This document shows, piece after piece, positions 35,401 to 45,446 of a stretch of 64,000 bases of DNA. The stretch is from Candidatus Latescibacterota bacterium (lineage in GTDB: Bacteria; Latescibacterota; UBA2968). The notes beneath the pieces are model-generated. The model was given only the letters and a program-made list of their open reading frames with translations. It was not told the DNA's origin and made no database searches. Positions within the stretch are counted from its first letter, which is position 1; each line of letters begins with the position of its first letter. The DNA lies in NCBI GenBank assembly GCA_965204745.1, contig OZ242010.1:160001-224000 (forward strand), written 5' to 3'. A program made the translations under genes and the position numbers.

Positions 35401-36216
35401 ATGAATCCCTCCAATTTGCCCGTTGTCAAAGCGTACGCAGCGGTTTGTTCGGCCAGGTTCCGCGCGCTCTTGCAATACCGCGCTGCGGCAGTTGCCGGGT
35501 TTGGCACGCAACTCTTTTGGGGCCTCATCCGCATCATGATCTTCGAGGCGTTTTTCCGATCCGCCACCGCGGCCCAGCCCATGACCTATCCGGAAGTCGC
35601 GACCTATATTTGGCTCAGTCAGGCATTTTTGGTGATCCTCCCTTTTACGCCCGATCCGGACATCCGCGGCATGGTGCGGTCGGGCAATGTGGTCTATGAA
35701 CTCCTGCGCCCGGCCAATTTGTATTTCTTCTGGTACAGCCGCGCCATCGCGCAACGCACCGCGCCCGGGGTGTTTCGCGCCCTCCCTTTGGTCATCACCG
35801 CGCTCGTCTTTTTTGAGCTGGATCTGCCGCCCGATTTTTTAGGCGCGGGGGCATGGTTCATCTCGATGATCTTCGCGATCCTCATCAGCGCGGCCCTCAC
35901 CAATCTTTTGAACATTTCCATCTTGTGGACCCTATCGGGCGAGGGCATCAGCGTCCTCGTCGCGGCCTCGGCGGGGTTGTTGAGCGGGCTCGTCATTCCC
36001 TTGGCGTTTTTCCCGGACTGGTCACAGGCGTTCATCGCCCTCCTCCCGTTTCGCTACATGATGGACATTCCCTTTCGCTTTTACCTCGGCCACCTCGCGC
36101 CGGGCCAAATTTGGACGCACTTGCCGGTTCAAATTGGACACCTCATCGCGCTGATCGCGGCGGGGCAGCTCATTCTCAACCGCGGGATTCGCCGGCTCGT
36201 GGCGCAAGGAGGGTAG
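35401..36216 (+). CDS. ABC-2 family permease (DUF990)
   Basis: LQYR, VRSGNVVYELLRP, LSGLVIPLAFFP..LLPF, C-terminal VAQGG. Confidence 0.88.
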   Translation: MNPSNLPVVKAYAAVCSARFRALLQYRAAAVAGFGTQLFWGLIRIMIFEAFFRSATAAQPMTYPEVATYIWLSQAFLVILPFTPDPDIRGMVRSGNVVYELLRPANLYFFWYSRAIAQRTAPGVFRALPLVITALVFFELDLPPDFLGAGAWFISMIFAILISAALTNLLNISILWTLSGEGISVLVAASAGLLSGLVIPLAFFPDWSQAFIALLPFRYMMDIPFRFYLGHLAPGQIWTHLPVQIGHLIALIAAGQLILNRGIRRLVAQGG

Positions 36217-36218
36217 TT

Positions 36219-37022
36219 GTGACCAACGCGCTCCGCCTGTACGCGCATTACTTGAGCCAATCGGTTCGCAGCCAAATGCAGTATCGCGCGTCGTTCATCA
36301 TGCTCTCGCTCGGGCATTTCGTCAATTCCGGCATCGAATTTCTCGCGGTTGCCGCGCTCTTTGCGCGATTTGAACACATTCACGGCTGGGCACTCCCGGA
36401 AGTCGCTTTTCTCTATGGCCTGATCAACATCGCCTTTGCGGTTGCCGATGCTGCATCTCGCGGGTTTGACACGTTTGGCATCATGGTCAAAAGCGGGGAT
36501 TTTGACCGCCTCTTGCTCCGGCCGCGCAGCACGGCCTTGCAACTCGCAGGGCAGGAACTCACCCTGCGCCGGGTCGGCCGCCTGCTTCAGGGCGCAATCG
36601 TCTTTTTCTGGGCGTGCCACACCTTGGATGTGGCGTGGTCGCTGCCCAAGGGCTGTCTCGCGTTGTTCGCCATCTTCGGCGGGGCGTGTTTGTTTGTGGG
36701 CCTGATGGTCATACAGGCCACAGTCGCGTTTTGGACCACGGAATCCCTCGAGCTGATGAACACCATGACGTATGGGGGCGTGCAGACCGCGCAGTATCCC
36801 ATGAGCATTTACCGCGCCTATTTCCGCAAATTTTTTACTTACGTCGTCCCCCTCGCGTGCGTAAATTACCTGCCCGCGCTGGCCATTCTCGACCGCAGCG
36901 ATCCCCTCGGCTTTCCCGTTGTCTCGCAGTGGATCGCGCCCCTCATCTGCATTGTCTTTCTCGTCGTTGCCCTCCAAGTCTGGAAAATCGGCGTGCGCCA
37001 TTATCGCTCCACCGGGAGTTGA
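36219..37022 (+). CDS. ABC-2 family permease (DUF990)
   Basis: GTG after GGAGG; MQYRASF, GW.LPEV, GDFDRLLLRP, QYPMSIY, YRSTGS. Confidence 0.88.
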   Translation: MTNALRLYAHYLSQSVRSQMQYRASFIMLSLGHFVNSGIEFLAVAALFARFEHIHGWALPEVAFLYGLINIAFAVADAASRGFDTFGIMVKSGDFDRLLLRPRSTALQLAGQELTLRRVGRLLQGAIVFFWACHTLDVAWSLPKGCLALFAIFGGACLFVGLMVIQATVAFWTTESLELMNTMTYGGVQTAQYPMSIYRAYFRKFFTYVVPLACVNYLPALAILDRSDPLGFPVVSQWIAPLICIVFLVVALQVWKIGVRHYRSTGS

Positions 37023-37033
37023 GGAGGTTCTCC

Positions 37034-38305
37034 GTGAACGACACCACCTTATTTGACCAGGCGTATGCAAGCCGCAAACGCCCGATCCTCGAAAGAGTCG
37101 TCGATCAAATTCGCCCGATTTACACGGCGGCAGAACTGACCGCCATGCGCGTTGACCCCATCAACCGCGCCATTCTCTCGCAGCGTTCGGGGCGCGGTTT
37201 TGTCAATCGGGACTTGCTCGAAACCGCGCTCGGCAACTTGCTCGAATGCGTGGCGCCCGGCTCGCACAATGCGTCTGAAGCCGCGCAAGCGACCCTGCTC
37301 GAGAACATCGAGGAAATCGTGGATCAGCTCTACGCGATGATCTACCAATCGCTTCAAGCCGCGCAGGGCGAAGGCGGTCCGATAGAAGAGGTCGCGCTCC
37401 AATCCGCGTTCGCGCTCGTGTCTCGGTTGCCCCGCCTGAAAACCCGCGCCCTGTGGAACCGGTTTGCATCCCTCAAAGACCCCGCGGTGTGGGACGCGTA
37501 CTTACGCAACGCGCACGGCTTGGACGAAGACGACCTCGCTTCTTGGACCTTTTCCCCGATCATCGACGAGGCCATTGAAGCGCGGTCTTTCGCGCCTTAC
37601 GAAGCCTTTCTCGCGGGCAAGGGCTTGGAATCGGCTTTGGCGTATCAGATGCAACTCGTCGCCAGTGCCTACCCCGGATGGCGCGTTTTGTTTTACCACG
37701 ACATCGCCCATGCCCTAACGCAACGAGGCGAGGTCGCGACGTTTGCCTGTACGCCCATTCCCCTGTTGCCGCGCGCCATCTCCGAACTCGGCGGACGCTA
37801 TTATCAGGCCGACATCCATCCGGAAACCACCCTAGCAGACGCCAATTTTCTCGAACACCCGCATCGCGGCCTCACCACGGGGCAAACCGGCGTGATCGGG
37901 TACGGTTGCATCATCTACCCCTGCACCCTCGGCGGGCTTACAGAACGGGCGCGACAACGGCATCCCACCATCGGCAATTTTGTCAAAATCGGCACAGACG
38001 CCACCTTGCTCGGCCCGGTGGTGATCGGTGACCGCTCCACCATTGGCAGCGGCACGGATATTTACGGCTTTGTGGAAACCGGCACCAGTTGTCAAATCGC
38101 GTCGTCCGTCGTCCTCGGCACCTTGCGGTCAGGCGCGCGCGACCCGGGCAAAATCATCTTGGGGGATCACGTCCGCGTAGGCGACGGCACCATAGTCGAA
38201 AACAGCACGGAACTCGATCTCATCATCCCCGACAAATCCGAAATCCCGGCCCGCTCCCACATCGTCAACGACGGCTTCGGCAATCCCAAATACGCACGGG
38301 AATAA
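37034..38305 (+). CDS. Divergent serine O-acetyltransferase (CysE)-like left-handed beta-helix protein with long N-terminal domain
   Basis: GAGGAGG RBS + GTG; AYPGW..HDIAHAL, ADIHPETT, TLGG..RHPTIG, LLGPVVIGD hexapeptide repeats. Confidence 0.7.
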   Translation: MNDTTLFDQAYASRKRPILERVVDQIRPIYTAAELTAMRVDPINRAILSQRSGRGFVNRDLLETALGNLLECVAPGSHNASEAAQATLLENIEEIVDQLYAMIYQSLQAAQGEGGPIEEVALQSAFALVSRLPRLKTRALWNRFASLKDPAVWDAYLRNAHGLDEDDLASWTFSPIIDEAIEARSFAPYEAFLAGKGLESALAYQMQLVASAYPGWRVLFYHDIAHALTQRGEVATFACTPIPLLPRAISELGGRYYQADIHPETTLADANFLEHPHRGLTTGQTGVIGYGCIIYPCTLGGLTERARQRHPTIGNFVKIGTDATLLGPVVIGDRSTIGSGTDIYGFVETGTSCQIASSVVLGTLRSGARDPGKIILGDHVRVGDGTIVENSTELDLIIPDKSEIPARSHIVNDGFGNPKYARE

Positions 38306-38368
38306 GCGAGATCCACAAAGGGCAAACGTCACGCTGGCGGGGTAGGGCGGGGACTGACCACTGACAAC

Positions 38369-38826
38369 GGCGTTGTTGCATAAATGTTGTCGTGGCTAAG
38401 TTCGTCCCTTTCCCGCGAGATTTAAGCCCCTCGCCTTCGCCATACCCTTTCAGGCCGGTGGAATCCACCACCAAGTGGATCGGCGCATGACGGGATTGGA
38501 CAGGTAAATCCACATTCAAATCGCCCTGTCGCCGGCAGAGGGTCGTGTGATCGGGCACGCGCAAATCCACCCCCATCAACGCCAAGATGGACGTGAGAAA
38601 CCCCTCGGTTTGACGCAGGGGCAAGGCAGAGACCAAGCGCAACATCAACGCCGTTTGAATAGCCAAATCTGAAAAGGTGTATGGCCTCCCCCGTTGCGTT
38701 GGCCCTTGATGGTACCACCCCCGAAGATCTTGCGGCATGATCCAAAACGTCAGACTGCCCCGCTGCTTGAGACCGGCCTCGTAGGCCGGCCAGTTCCGAA
38801 CCCGATAGACAGGCGCACAGCGCGCA
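38369..38826 (-). mobile_element. Internally deleted, truncated inverted copy of the neighbouring IS5/IS903 element
   Basis: Right TIR GGCGTTGTTGCATAAAT at 38369; transposase codons RCAPVY..GYGEGE joined directly to the 3' end; left end missing. Confidence 0.85.
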
Positions 38827-38996
38827 AGGCCGTCTCGCAACCAACGTCCATTATGCAACCCACTTTGCAGGCCAACGCATGTCGTTCTGCTACAAAAGCG
38901 CTTTGCGCTGTGCAAGCCTCTCGGCGTTTGAGAGCGGCATTTTTGAACTGCTGGGGCAGTTGTACCCCGCTCGCCTACTTTTTTTGCCAAAAAAAG

Positions 38997-40172
38997 GGCG
39001 TTGTTGCATAAATAGCAATTTCCTGCAAGTTGGGATTGCAAAAAGACAGGCTCCTTCGTAGATTGGGCATATAGATCACCAAAACAACTCACCCTTTCTC
39101 ACCAGGAACCTGTCATGCCCAAGATAACCGCTTCCAAACCCGCCGTCAAGTCCCCGCGTCGCCCGCGCTGTGCGCCTGTCTATCGGGTTAGGAACTGGGC
39201 GGCCTACGAGGCCGGTCTCAAGCAGCGGGGCAGTCTGACGTTTTGGATCACGCCGCAAGCCCTTCGGAACTGGTACCATCAAGGGCCAACGCAACGGGGG
39301 CGGCAAAACACCTTTTCAGATTTGGCTATTCAAACGGCATTGATGGTGCGCTTGGTCTATGCCTTGCCCCTGCGTCAAACCGAGGGGTTTCTCAAGTCCA
39401 TCCTGGCATTGATGGGGGTGGATTTGCGTGTGCCCGATCACACGACCCTCTGCCGGCGACAGGGCGATTTGAACGTGGATTTACCTGTCCAATCCCGTCA
39501 CGAGCCGATCCACTTGGTGGTGGATTCTACCGGCCTGAAAGTGTATGGCGAAGGCGAATGGAAGGTGCGTCAACACGGCTTTTGCAAGCGCCGGACTTGG
39601 CGCAAATTGCACATCGGCGTCGATGAGGCCACCGGGGAGATTGTCGCACAGACCCTGACCTCGGCAAGCGTTGATGACGCTTCGCAGGTCAACCCCTTGC
39701 TCGATCAAGTCCCGGCCCCTGTCCATACGCTGGGCGCCGATGGCGGCTATGACAAACGCAAGGTCTTCAACACATGCGCCGCCCCCAAACAAGGAGCCCC
39801 CATCCGACCTCTGATTCCCCCGCGCCATGATGCCAAAATTGAACAACACGGAAACAGGAAGGCACCCCCCCTCGCCCGCGATGAAATCATCCGAGCCATC
39901 CGGCGTCAAGGCCGCCGACAGTGGAAACGCACCAGTGGCTATCATCGTCGCTCGGTCGTTGAAACCCACATAGGCCGCTACAAACAACTCATTGGGCGGC
40001 AGTTGCGCGCACGAAAAAAGAAGAACCAAGAAACGGAAGCACGGTTGGGATGTGCGGTGCTCAATCGCATGATGAGGATCGCGAAACCCGTGTCCTATCC
40101 CATAGAAAGAAGGGCTTAAATTTCGCGGGAAAGGGACGAACTTAGCCACGACAACATTTATGCAACAACGCC
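38997..40172 (+). mobile_element. IS5 family (IS903 group) insertion sequence, 1176 bp
   Basis: 17-bp perfect TIR GGCGTTGTTGCATAAAT; 9-bp TSD CAAAAAAAG at 38988-38996 and 40173-40181. Confidence 0.95.
39115..40119 (+). CDS. IS5/IS903 DDE transposase
   Basis: YRVRNW..Y..L.QRGSLTFW, VDSTGLK.YGEGEW, RRTWRKLH, ADGGYD, GYHRRS.VE. Confidence 0.95.
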   Translation: MPKITASKPAVKSPRRPRCAPVYRVRNWAAYEAGLKQRGSLTFWITPQALRNWYHQGPTQRGRQNTFSDLAIQTALMVRLVYALPLRQTEGFLKSILALMGVDLRVPDHTTLCRRQGDLNVDLPVQSRHEPIHLVVDSTGLKVYGEGEWKVRQHGFCKRRTWRKLHIGVDEATGEIVAQTLTSASVDDASQVNPLLDQVPAPVHTLGADGGYDKRKVFNTCAAPKQGAPIRPLIPPRHDAKIEQHGNRKAPPLARDEIIRAIRRQGRRQWKRTSGYHRRSVVETHIGRYKQLIGRQLRARKKKNQETEARLGCAVLNRMMRIAKPVSYPIERRA

Positions 40173-40351
40173 CAAAAAAAGTATGAAAACGCGAATAATT
40201 TGAGCGTTTGACGCCGAAGGCATCGGAGGCAACCAACGAGGTTTTAGGATCAAACGCCTTAAATGAGCAAGCAACACATTTGCTAATCTGTGCGTAACGA
40301 TTAAAAAATGAAATGTCAACAGAACCTAGCAACGCGGGGTATGTCACCCGA

Positions 40352-41278
40352 TCACGCCTCTAGCACCATCTGCAACAGTGCCATGCGGATATAAACGCCG
40401 TTGTGCGCTTGGCGGAAGTACGCGGCGCGGGGGTCTTTGTCCACCGCCGGATCGATCTCATCCACCCGGGGCAAGGGGTGCATCACGATGGCGTCGTCCG
40501 AGAGCATGGACATCGCCGCCGAGTCGATGATGTATTTTCCCCGAACCGCTTCGTAGTCCGCGATGCGGTCGCCGAACCGCTCTCGCTGGATGCGCGTTTG
40601 GTACACCACATCCACGTCGGCCATGACCTTCATCAGGTCTTCTTCTTCTGCAAACGCGACCCCGTGTTCTGCCAAATACGCTTTGATATCGTCTTTCATC
40701 CGCACCATATCCGGCGCGACAAAGTAGAGTTTCACATCCTCGTACTTGGTCAACAAATAAGCCAGTGACCGCGCGGTGCGCCCATTGGCGAGATCGCCTA
40801 CCAATGCCACCCGAATCCCATCCAACCTGCCGATCTCTTTCTGAATTGTGTACACATCCAACAGGGCTTGTGTGGGGTGCTGCCCCGGCCCGTCGCCCGC
40901 GTTGATAATGGGAACCCCCGCCACATCTGCGGCGCGCTGTGCGGACCCGCTCTCGTAATGGCGCAACACGATCACGTCTGCGTACCCCTCGACAATGCGG
41001 ATCGTATCCTCGAGGGTTTCGCCCTTTGCCGCAGAGGAAAACTCCCGCGCGCTTTCCGTGGTGATCACCTCGCCGCCCAAGCGATACATCGCCGCTTCAA
41101 AAGACAACCGCGTGCGCGTGCTCGGTTCGTAAAACAGGGTTGCCATAATCCGTCGATTCAAGATATTCGACTCATAGTGGCTGACCACCTGCTCCATCTC
41201 GCGCGTGCGGTCAAAAATCCCCTTCATCACCTCGCGGCTAAATTGTTGCGCCTCAATCACATGAAACAGACCATCCAT
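40352..41278 (-). CDS. pyrB: Aspartate carbamoyltransferase catalytic subunit
   Basis: FYEPSTRTRLSFE, KGETLEDT, NAGDG..HPTQALLD, YQTRIQRER, MHPLPR. Confidence 0.97.
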   Translation of the reverse strand: MDGLFHVIEAQQFSREVMKGIFDRTREMEQVVSHYESNILNRRIMATLFYEPSTRTRLSFEAAMYRLGGEVITTESAREFSSAAKGETLEDTIRIVEGYADVIVLRHYESGSAQRAADVAGVPIINAGDGPGQHPTQALLDVYTIQKEIGRLDGIRVALVGDLANGRTARSLAYLLTKYEDVKLYFVAPDMVRMKDDIKAYLAEHGVAFAEEEDLMKVMADVDVVYQTRIQRERFGDRIADYEAVRGKYIIDSAAMSMLSDDAIVMHPLPRVDEIDPAVDKDPRAAYFRQAHNGVYIRMALLQMVLEA

Positions 41279-41295
41279 CGTTGCCTCCCATGCAC

Positions 41296-41323
41296 AAAAA
41301 AACGCCCCACCGGAGGAGCGTTT
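41296..41323 (-). terminator. Intrinsic terminator/attenuator in the pyrB leader
   Basis: Minus strand AAACGCTCC-TCCGGT-GGGGCG-T7 just upstream of the GGAGG RBS. Confidence 0.65.
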
Positions 41324-41353
41324 GGTATGCGATTCGCGTTTTCATTGCGCGAA

Positions 41354-41382
41354 AATATAGATTGAAAAACAAGCTCTTGCAA
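41354..41382 (-). promoter_or_regulatory. Sigma70 promoter of pyrB
   Basis: TTGCAA-17-TATATT. Confidence 0.6.
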
Positions 41383-41434
41383 GCAGAAAAACGAGCGACG
41401 CCCTGCCGACCCGCGCCCATGTGCAGGATGCCAT

Positions 41435-41463
41435 TTGACAGAAATGGGAAATCAGGGTATTAT
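41435..41463 (+). promoter_or_regulatory. Sigma70 promoter of glyQS
   Basis: TTGACA-17-TATTAT, divergent from the pyrB promoter. Confidence 0.75.
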
Positions 41464-41563
41464 GAGGGAACTTTACTGATTTGATTGCTGACCGCTTGGG
41501 GTGCTGGGCGGCCCTCTCCCGTCTTCCCTCTAACGTCTCACTTGCGGAAGGGCTGGGCGGGGA

Positions 41564-41598
41564 CTGACCACTGACCACTGACCACTGACCACTGACAA
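41564..41598. repeat. Heptamer repeat (CTGACCA)x4 + CTGACAA
   Basis: Directly visible; shorter copy with the same GGGCGGGGA flank at 38346-38368. Confidence 0.85.
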
Positions 41599-41612
41599 CT
41601 GAGGAACATCCC

Positions 41613-44597
41613 GTGAACAACGCACTGAATTTCCAAGACTTAATCACGCGCCTCGAGCGATTTTGGGCGGACAATGGCTGCATCATCTGGCAACCGTACA
41701 GCGAAAAAGTGGGCGCGGGCACGATGAATGCCGCCACGGTTTTGCGCGTGCTCGGCCCGGAACCGTGGAACGTGGCTTATGTCGAACCCTCGTACCGCCC
41801 GGACGATGGGCGCTTTGGCGAAAATCCCAACCGCATGCAAATGCACACGCAGTATCAGGTCATCCTCAAGCCCGATCCCGGCGATCCCCAAGAACGGTAT
41901 CTCGACAGCCTCGCGGCACTCGGCCTCGACTGCAAAGCGCACGACATCCGCTTTGTGGAAGACAACTGGGAATCGCCCGCACTCGGCGCGTGGGGCCTGG
42001 GGTGGGAAGTGTGGTTGGATGGCATGGAGATCACGCAATTCACGTATTTCCAACAGGCCGGCGGCATGCAACTCGACCCGGTTGCGGTCGAAATCACGTA
42101 CGGCTTGGAGCGCATTGCCATGTATCTCCAGGGCGTGGATGAGGTTTGGCAGTTGCAGTGGAACGACTCGGTGACGTACGGCGACATGCTCAGAAAGCAG
42201 GAAATCGAATATTGCAACTACGAGTTCTACTGGGCCGATGTCAACCGACTCAAATCCATGTACGACATTTTCGCTGCCGAAGCGCAGGCGGCCATTGACA
42301 GAGACCTGGTCATTCCCGCGCACGACTACGTCATTCGCTGCTCGCACACGTTTAATTTGCTGGACACGCGCGGCGCGATAGGCGTGACCGAACGCGCGCG
42401 GTTTTTCGCCCGCATGCGCGATCTCTCTCGCCGAGTTGCCGAAGCCTTTGTCAAACAGCGCGAGGATCAGGGCTATCCCCTTTTGGCGTCAGCGCCGGAA
42501 AAAGCCGAATCCCGGACCGTCAAAGCCGACGACCTGCCCGAAGTCGCATCTGCGGATCTCTTGCTCGAAATCGGCACTGAAGAACTGCCGCCCGCCGATG
42601 TGACAAGCGCGATAGCACAACTTCAAAACCTGTTGCCCGAACACCTCGTAGCGGCCAATCTCGCGTACGACAGCATCGAAGTCAGCGGCACGCCGCGCAG
42701 GCAGTACGCGCTGGTCAAAAATCTGCTCGGCAGGCAACCGGATGAGGTCAGGCAAGTGCGCGGGCCGGCCATTCGCATCGCGTACGACGCAACGGGCAAC
42801 CCCACCCGAGCACTCGAGGGATTCGCGCGCGGGCAGGGCATCGAGCCGTCCGAGGTGGAACAGCGCGACGACTATGTTTGGGCCAACATCCCCATTTACG
42901 GCCGCGAAACTCGGGAACTGCTCGCCGAGTTGTTGCCCGAGGTCATCGGCAAACTCGGTTTTGGCAAGACCATGCGCTGGAACTCCGATGGGGTGGCGTA
43001 TCCGCGGCCCCTGCGCTGGATCGTGGCCCTGTTCGGGGATCGGGTCGTCCGATTTGATTACGGCCGCGCAAGCGTTGGGCGCATGAGTCGGGGGCTGCGT
43101 TCCGATGCGTCTCCGGAAATCGAAATCGCGTCTGCGGCCGATTATCACGCACGCATGCAAGACTATGGCATCGCGGTCAACCGCGACGCACGGCGCGAGG
43201 CCATCCGCCGACAAGTTGAGGCGCGCGCCCGAGAGATCGGTGGCATTGTGCCGCACGATCCGGACCTGCTCGACGAAGTGACGGATCTCGTAGAGGCGCC
43301 GCACGCGCTTTGCGGCCACTTTGAAGCAACGCGCCTGTCCCTGCCCCGCGAAGTGCTCATCTCCGTCATGAAAAAGCACCAGCGGTATTTCCCGGTGCTC
43401 GACGAACAGGGCGCCCTCAAGCCCAATTTCATCACCGTGTCCAATGGCGTGCCCGGGGATGCCGATCTCGTGGTCAAAGGCAATGAAAACGTCATTCGCG
43501 CGCGCTATGCGGATGCCGAATTCTTTTATCATGACGACACCAGCAAAAAACTCGGGGACTTTTTGCCCCGGCTCGACACCCTCATTTTTCAGGAAAAACT
43601 CGGCTCGATGCGCGACAAAACCCGCCGCACAGAAAAACTCGTGGGGGACTTGGCCGACACTTTCGGCCTCGGGGATGAAGACAAACGCACGGCCCTGCGC
43701 GCCGCCAAATTGTGCAAGGCGGACTTGGCGACCAGCATGGTCGTGGAAATGACCTCCCTGCAAGGCATCATGGGCCGGTACTACGCCTTGGCTTCCGGAG
43801 AAACAGAGGACGTGGCCCGCGCCATTGAAGACCATTACCACCCGCGCTTTCCGGGGGACGACCTGCCGCAAACCTGGCCCGGTGTGGCGGTTTCCATCGC
43901 GGATCGGCTCGACAGCTTGTCCGGCTTGTTCAGCGCGGGCATCGAGCCACGATCCAATGCGGATCCCTACGGTCTCAGGCGAGACGCACTCGGGTTGCTC
44001 GCAACGCTGCTCGGTCACGAAATCCCCTTTTCCCTGCGCGATGGCCTCGTTGCCGCGGCGCGCCATTTGCCCATTGTGGTCAACCGAGAAGCCCTCGACG
44101 AGGCGTTCGAGTACATCATCCGCCGTCTCGAGGTGGCGTTGCGCGACCATGGCCTACGCCACGACGCGATCTCTGCGGCGATTGCAGCGCGGTTGGACGA
44201 TCCCGATCAAATCCAGCGAATCGCCCGCGAGTTTAGCAGGTTGATCCAATCCGATCACTGGCTCGATATTTTGCACGCCCACGCGCGGTGCAAACGCATT
44301 GTGCGCGATCTCCCTGAACGCTATCCCCTCAATCCCGATGTCGATCCCGAAGAAGCCTCCCGCGCACTGCACAACGCCTATTTGGTCGCACGCGCCGAGA
44401 TGGACTCGACCGACGAAAAACTCGCCGCGCTCATTCCGGTCATGCACGACTTGCGCGATCCCATCAATCACTTCTTTGCAGACGTGCTCGTCATGGTCGA
44501 CGAACCCGCGCTTCGCCAATCGCGCCTCGCCCTCGTGCAACACATCGCGGCCCTGCCCGATGGCATCGTCGATCTCAGCGCGTTTGAGGGGTTCTAG
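41613..44597 (+). CDS. glyQS: Glycine--tRNA ligase, fused alpha/beta subunits
   Basis: Alpha motifs ([32 protein letters not shown]) continue in frame into beta motifs ([32 protein letters not shown]). Confidence 0.95.
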   Translation: MNNALNFQDLITRLERFWADNGCIIWQPYSEKVGAGTMNAATVLRVLGPEPWNVAYVEPSYRPDDGRFGENPNRMQMHTQYQVILKPDPGDPQERYLDSLAALGLDCKAHDIRFVEDNWESPALGAWGLGWEVWLDGMEITQFTYFQQAGGMQLDPVAVEITYGLERIAMYLQGVDEVWQLQWNDSVTYGDMLRKQEIEYCNYEFYWADVNRLKSMYDIFAAEAQAAIDRDLVIPAHDYVIRCSHTFNLLDTRGAIGVTERARFFARMRDLSRRVAEAFVKQREDQGYPLLASAPEKAESRTVKADDLPEVASADLLLEIGTEELPPADVTSAIAQLQNLLPEHLVAANLAYDSIEVSGTPRRQYALVKNLLGRQPDEVRQVRGPAIRIAYDATGNPTRALEGFARGQGIEPSEVEQRDDYVWANIPIYGRETRELLAELLPEVIGKLGFGKTMRWNSDGVAYPRPLRWIVALFGDRVVRFDYGRASVGRMSRGLRSDASPEIEIASAADYHARMQDYGIAVNRDARREAIRRQVEARAREIGGIVPHDPDLLDEVTDLVEAPHALCGHFEATRLSLPREVLISVMKKHQRYFPVLDEQGALKPNFITVSNGVPGDADLVVKGNENVIRARYADAEFFYHDDTSKKLGDFLPRLDTLIFQEKLGSMRDKTRRTEKLVGDLADTFGLGDEDKRTALRAAKLCKADLATSMVVEMTSLQGIMGRYYALASGETEDVARAIEDHYHPRFPGDDLPQTWPGVAVSIADRLDSLSGLFSAGIEPRSNADPYGLRRDALGLLATLLGHEIPFSLRDGLVAAARHLPIVVNREALDEAFEYIIRRLEVALRDHGLRHDAISAAIAARLDDPDQIQRIAREFSRLIQSDHWLDILHAHARCKRIVRDLPERYPLNPDVDPEEASRALHNAYLVARAEMDSTDEKLAALIPVMHDLRDPINHFFADVLVMVDEPALRQSRLALVQHIAALPDGIVDLSAFEGF

Positions 44598-44638
44598 ATT
44601 GTGTTGACATTTACGAATGCGAACTTGTCTTTTTGTTG

Positions 44639-44861
44639 GGGACCTACCCCCCTAACCCCCGTTACTCGCTACGCTTGTTGTAGGCTACGCCTGTGCCTTA
44701 GAGGAAGGGGGGAACAGTGAGCGGTTTTGCGAGGGTATTGATGAGGGATTTTTGATCGCTTTATGCCCTCGGTCAATGCCATCAGAGCCACCAGAGCGAG
44801 AAGCCATCAAAGGAACTTTACTCCCCTTTCCTCGTAGGAAAGGGGCCGGGGGATAGGTCCC
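44639..44861. mobile_element. MITE-like family A, full copy (inverted relative to 30975)
   Basis: GGGACCTACCCCCC..GGGGGATAGGTCCC termini. Confidence 0.75.
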
Positions 44862-44927
44862 CTCGTGCAACACATCGCGGCCCTGCCCGATGGCATCGTC
44901 GATCTCAGCGCGTTTGAAGGCTTTTAA
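44861..44927 (+). repeat. Duplicate of the last 67 nt of glyQS
   Basis: Matches 44531-44597; both encode [21 protein letters not shown]-stop. Confidence 0.95.
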
Positions 44928-44942
44928 TACCAAGAGGAAATT

Positions 44943-45446
44943 GTGACCGATGTGCTCTTGACAAGTTCTGACCAAGAAGAAGCCCTATCTCATGTCTATG
45001 CATGTGCTGTAGCAACGCGGGCCGGTTATACCACATCTAGTTGTAACCTGGATCGAGATGGTGTAGATTTGAGGATTCATGCCGGCGGGGCGATGCGCCC
45101 TGCGCTTGACTTACAGTTGAAGGCGACAGTCAATATGATGGGCAACCCGGCTGATGGGTATGTTCGATTCCCCCTGAAACGCAGAAATTACGATCTACTG
45201 CGTATGGAGACCCAAACGCCACGGTTGCTGATGGTACTCGATTTGCCGAAAGACGAAGATCTGTGGCTGACGATTACCGAAGACGCGCTTGTGCTGAGGC
45301 ATCGAGCCTATTGGCTGAATCTGAGAGGATTTGAAGAAACCACCAATAAGTATTCTGTCACTGTCCGTATTCCGCAACAAAACCTGTTCACTGTCGAAAG
45401 TCTGCGTGCCTTGATGGACCAGTCAAGAGGAGGTCGAATCCAATGA
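44943..45446 (+). CDS. DUF4365 family PD-(D/E)XK-like protein
   Basis: EALS..Y..AVA..AG, D.DGVD, DLQLKAT, NYDLLR..PRLL, AYW.NL, VRIP..N.F. Confidence 0.8.
   Translation: MTDVLLTSSDQEEALSHVYACAVATRAGYTTSSCNLDRDGVDLRIHAGGAMRPALDLQLKATVNMMGNPADGYVRFPLKRRNYDLLRMETQTPRLLMVLDLPKDEDLWLTITEDALVLRHRAYWLNLRGFEETTNKYSVTVRIPQQNLFTVESLRALMDQSRGGRIQ

Noticed and set aside
38265-39092. 275-aa ORF as an intact transposase
   Set aside because: Chimera of IS end, repeat D and a deleted transposase lacking most of the DDE domain.
41464-41612. T-box riboswitch upstream of glyQS
   Set aside because: No T-box consensus or terminator seen; the leader is short and filled by heptamer repeats.
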